From Octopus sinensis (Eukaryota), in the NCBI RefSeq assembly GCF_006345805.1, contig NW_021832570.1, forward strand, positions 1 through 64,000: a DNA stretch of 64,000 bases, read 5' to 3'. The notes under the pieces are model-generated. The model made no database searches. It worked only from the letters and a program-made list of their open reading frames with translations, and was not told where the DNA came from. The translations under genes were made by a program, and so were the position numbers. Shown here piece after piece: positions 62,160 through 64,000 of this stretch. Numbering within the stretch: the stretch's first letter is position 1; each line of letters starts with the position of its first letter.

Positions 62160-64000
62160 CTAGTTTCTACTCTCTACCTTTTCGTTAGAAAAAGTTGTTA
62201 TAGGTCGCGTAGTTTTAAACGAAGTGTCCCGACAGCAGTCATTCATGGGACCAACTAAACAAATGGGCTTCACTGTCCACATTTGTACAATACTTCTCAC
62301 ACAATTAACAACCCAAAAGAATATCTTACGTTGCGTCATGTGGTTCACCAGTTGTTACAACTGTGGAGGCGCACAGAATGCTCCTAAAGCATTCGAGAAA
62401 AGAACCATTCACTCTTTCCAGCTGGAATTATCCAGACGACAATCTCGGGATCTCAGCCCCCGATGGACGAAAGGCTCGAGCATTCTGCTTTCGGGCGATG
62501 TTAAGGAGAATCCAGGATCACATCTAACCATACTCCAACTGAACATCAATGGAATAAGAGGGAAAGTTCTTGAATTACGGACATACCTCAAAAAACACAA
62601 CATCGATGTAGCTGCCTTTCAAGAGATCAGATTAACACCCTCCTCTATTACTCCCTCATTCCCGGGATATAACTGTATCCGCTTAGATTGGTTAAACTGA
62701 CTTGGCGGAGGCCTTCTGTTTATTATCAAAAACGAATTGCACTATACGGACCCCTCGGATGACTTTATTCAGGACGGCGTATCAGAAATATCTGGAATTA
62801 CGTTGATTACTAAATTTGGAAAGATAACTATTGTCAACATATATGTTCCACCCCTCCTGTCTTGTCCAAAGGGATTCAACCAAAACTTCTCAAAGCTATC
62901 CAATTTAAAGAACCTTTTAATTTGCGGAGATTTGAACGCAAAGCATCCGACTTGGCTTAAATCCCAACGGGCAGACTCAAGAGGATGGTCTCTATTGAAA
63001 CAACTCTCTGCCATGTCTTTCCTTAACAATCCGAAGACCCACACTGAAACACCTTATAAGGATACCGAACACTTAACATCTACGGACATTACACTATCCT
63101 CAACTAACTTATCCTCAGCCATTTCATGGGCAGTAGACTACGATCTTAATTCAGATCACAATCCAATCATCATCAGGATTAAGAAAGCCCTTCCTCGTAC
63201 GAACAAAGCAATGTTCTTGTTCGATTACAAGAGCGCAAACTGGGAGGGATATGTTAACTTCATCGACGCAATGCTGCAAAACTTTGATAGTAAACTGTTA
63301 AAATCAATCCACGGAGCTGTCAAGTGCCTAAATGAGGCGACTTTGCTGGGTAGAAAGCTATTTATTCCAAAATAAACTTACCATCACTTCGACGAAAATC
63401 TCGACCAGGAGACAAAAATCCTTATCAGAAAAAGAAACTTTCTTAAAAAGAATCTAATTTCTATTCCCAGAGGAAGAAAAGAAATAAAGAACCTCAACGA
63501 TACCATCACTAAGAAAAATCGTCCACTATCTTACTTACGTCGGACAAGAGACTCGGAAGCCGTACTGCTGATTTTTTTCTGGAGAACGAAAAGATCCCAT
63601 TCACGAAGAACCCTAAAATTCTGGGAATCACTTTTGACACCCGCATGTGCTTTACTGCCCATCTAGAGAAGAACATTGGATCCAGTCAATGAAAAATTGG
63701 ACTAATCAAATCGATATTTGGCGGACTAAAGAAACCGTTCCCGGCTCTCGGCACTCTCTGCAAATAATTCATCGAACCTACAATTGGCTATGTCTGCGTC
63801 GCATGGGGTACTAATCTCTCATGGTCTAACCATCTTAAAATTGAGCCACACTATGCCGAGCCACGGCTAGCAAAACGAAAATTTCCAACTTGAACAACAT
63901 TATCCCAAGTCCGCTGGACCACCTTATTAAGAAAGATGGAAATGGCTTCTTAGGACCACCTGCCAAAGAACTAAGACCTTAACAACCCAAAACACATCAA
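62160..64000 (+). mobile_element. Vingi/ingi-like LINE (2A-like, APE, RT C-terminus), RT core deleted; runs off the window
   Basis: LLSGDVKENPGS (62485-62520); TILQLNINGI...AAFQEIRL; GDLNAKH; TDITL...SDHNPI; then PKILGITFDTRMCFTAHL. Confidence 0.85.

Overview
AT-rich eukaryotic genomic DNA, not prokaryotic, with very short spliceosomal introns (mostly 23-33 nt, GT-AG). TAA/TAG act as stops and one TGA appears to encode selenocysteine. This resembles reduced animal parasites such as dicyemids or myxozoans, but that is inference; the sequence does not identify the organism. Host genes recovered by manual splicing: MCM6 (10 micro-introns, one apparent frameshift), a single-Myb-domain gene, selenophosphate synthetase SPS2 with an in-frame UGA and a 3'UTR SECIS, an MFAP1 C-terminal fragment, and thymidylate kinase whose last exon is split by a hAT transposon. 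The rest is dense transposon debris: hAT elements, Ginger-like TGT...ACA elements, a Helitron, Vingi/ingi-like LINEs with 2A-like motifs, and many CRE-clade, RTE and other LINE fragments. The most striking object is the 6.2-kb TTAGGG-rich array. It is not a chromosome end but the interior of a 7,039-bp Ginger-like DNA transposon (42-bp TIRs, 5-bp TSD ATTAT). Several transposase genes here also carry host-sized micro-introns. No rRNA, tRNA or CRISPR array could be supported.
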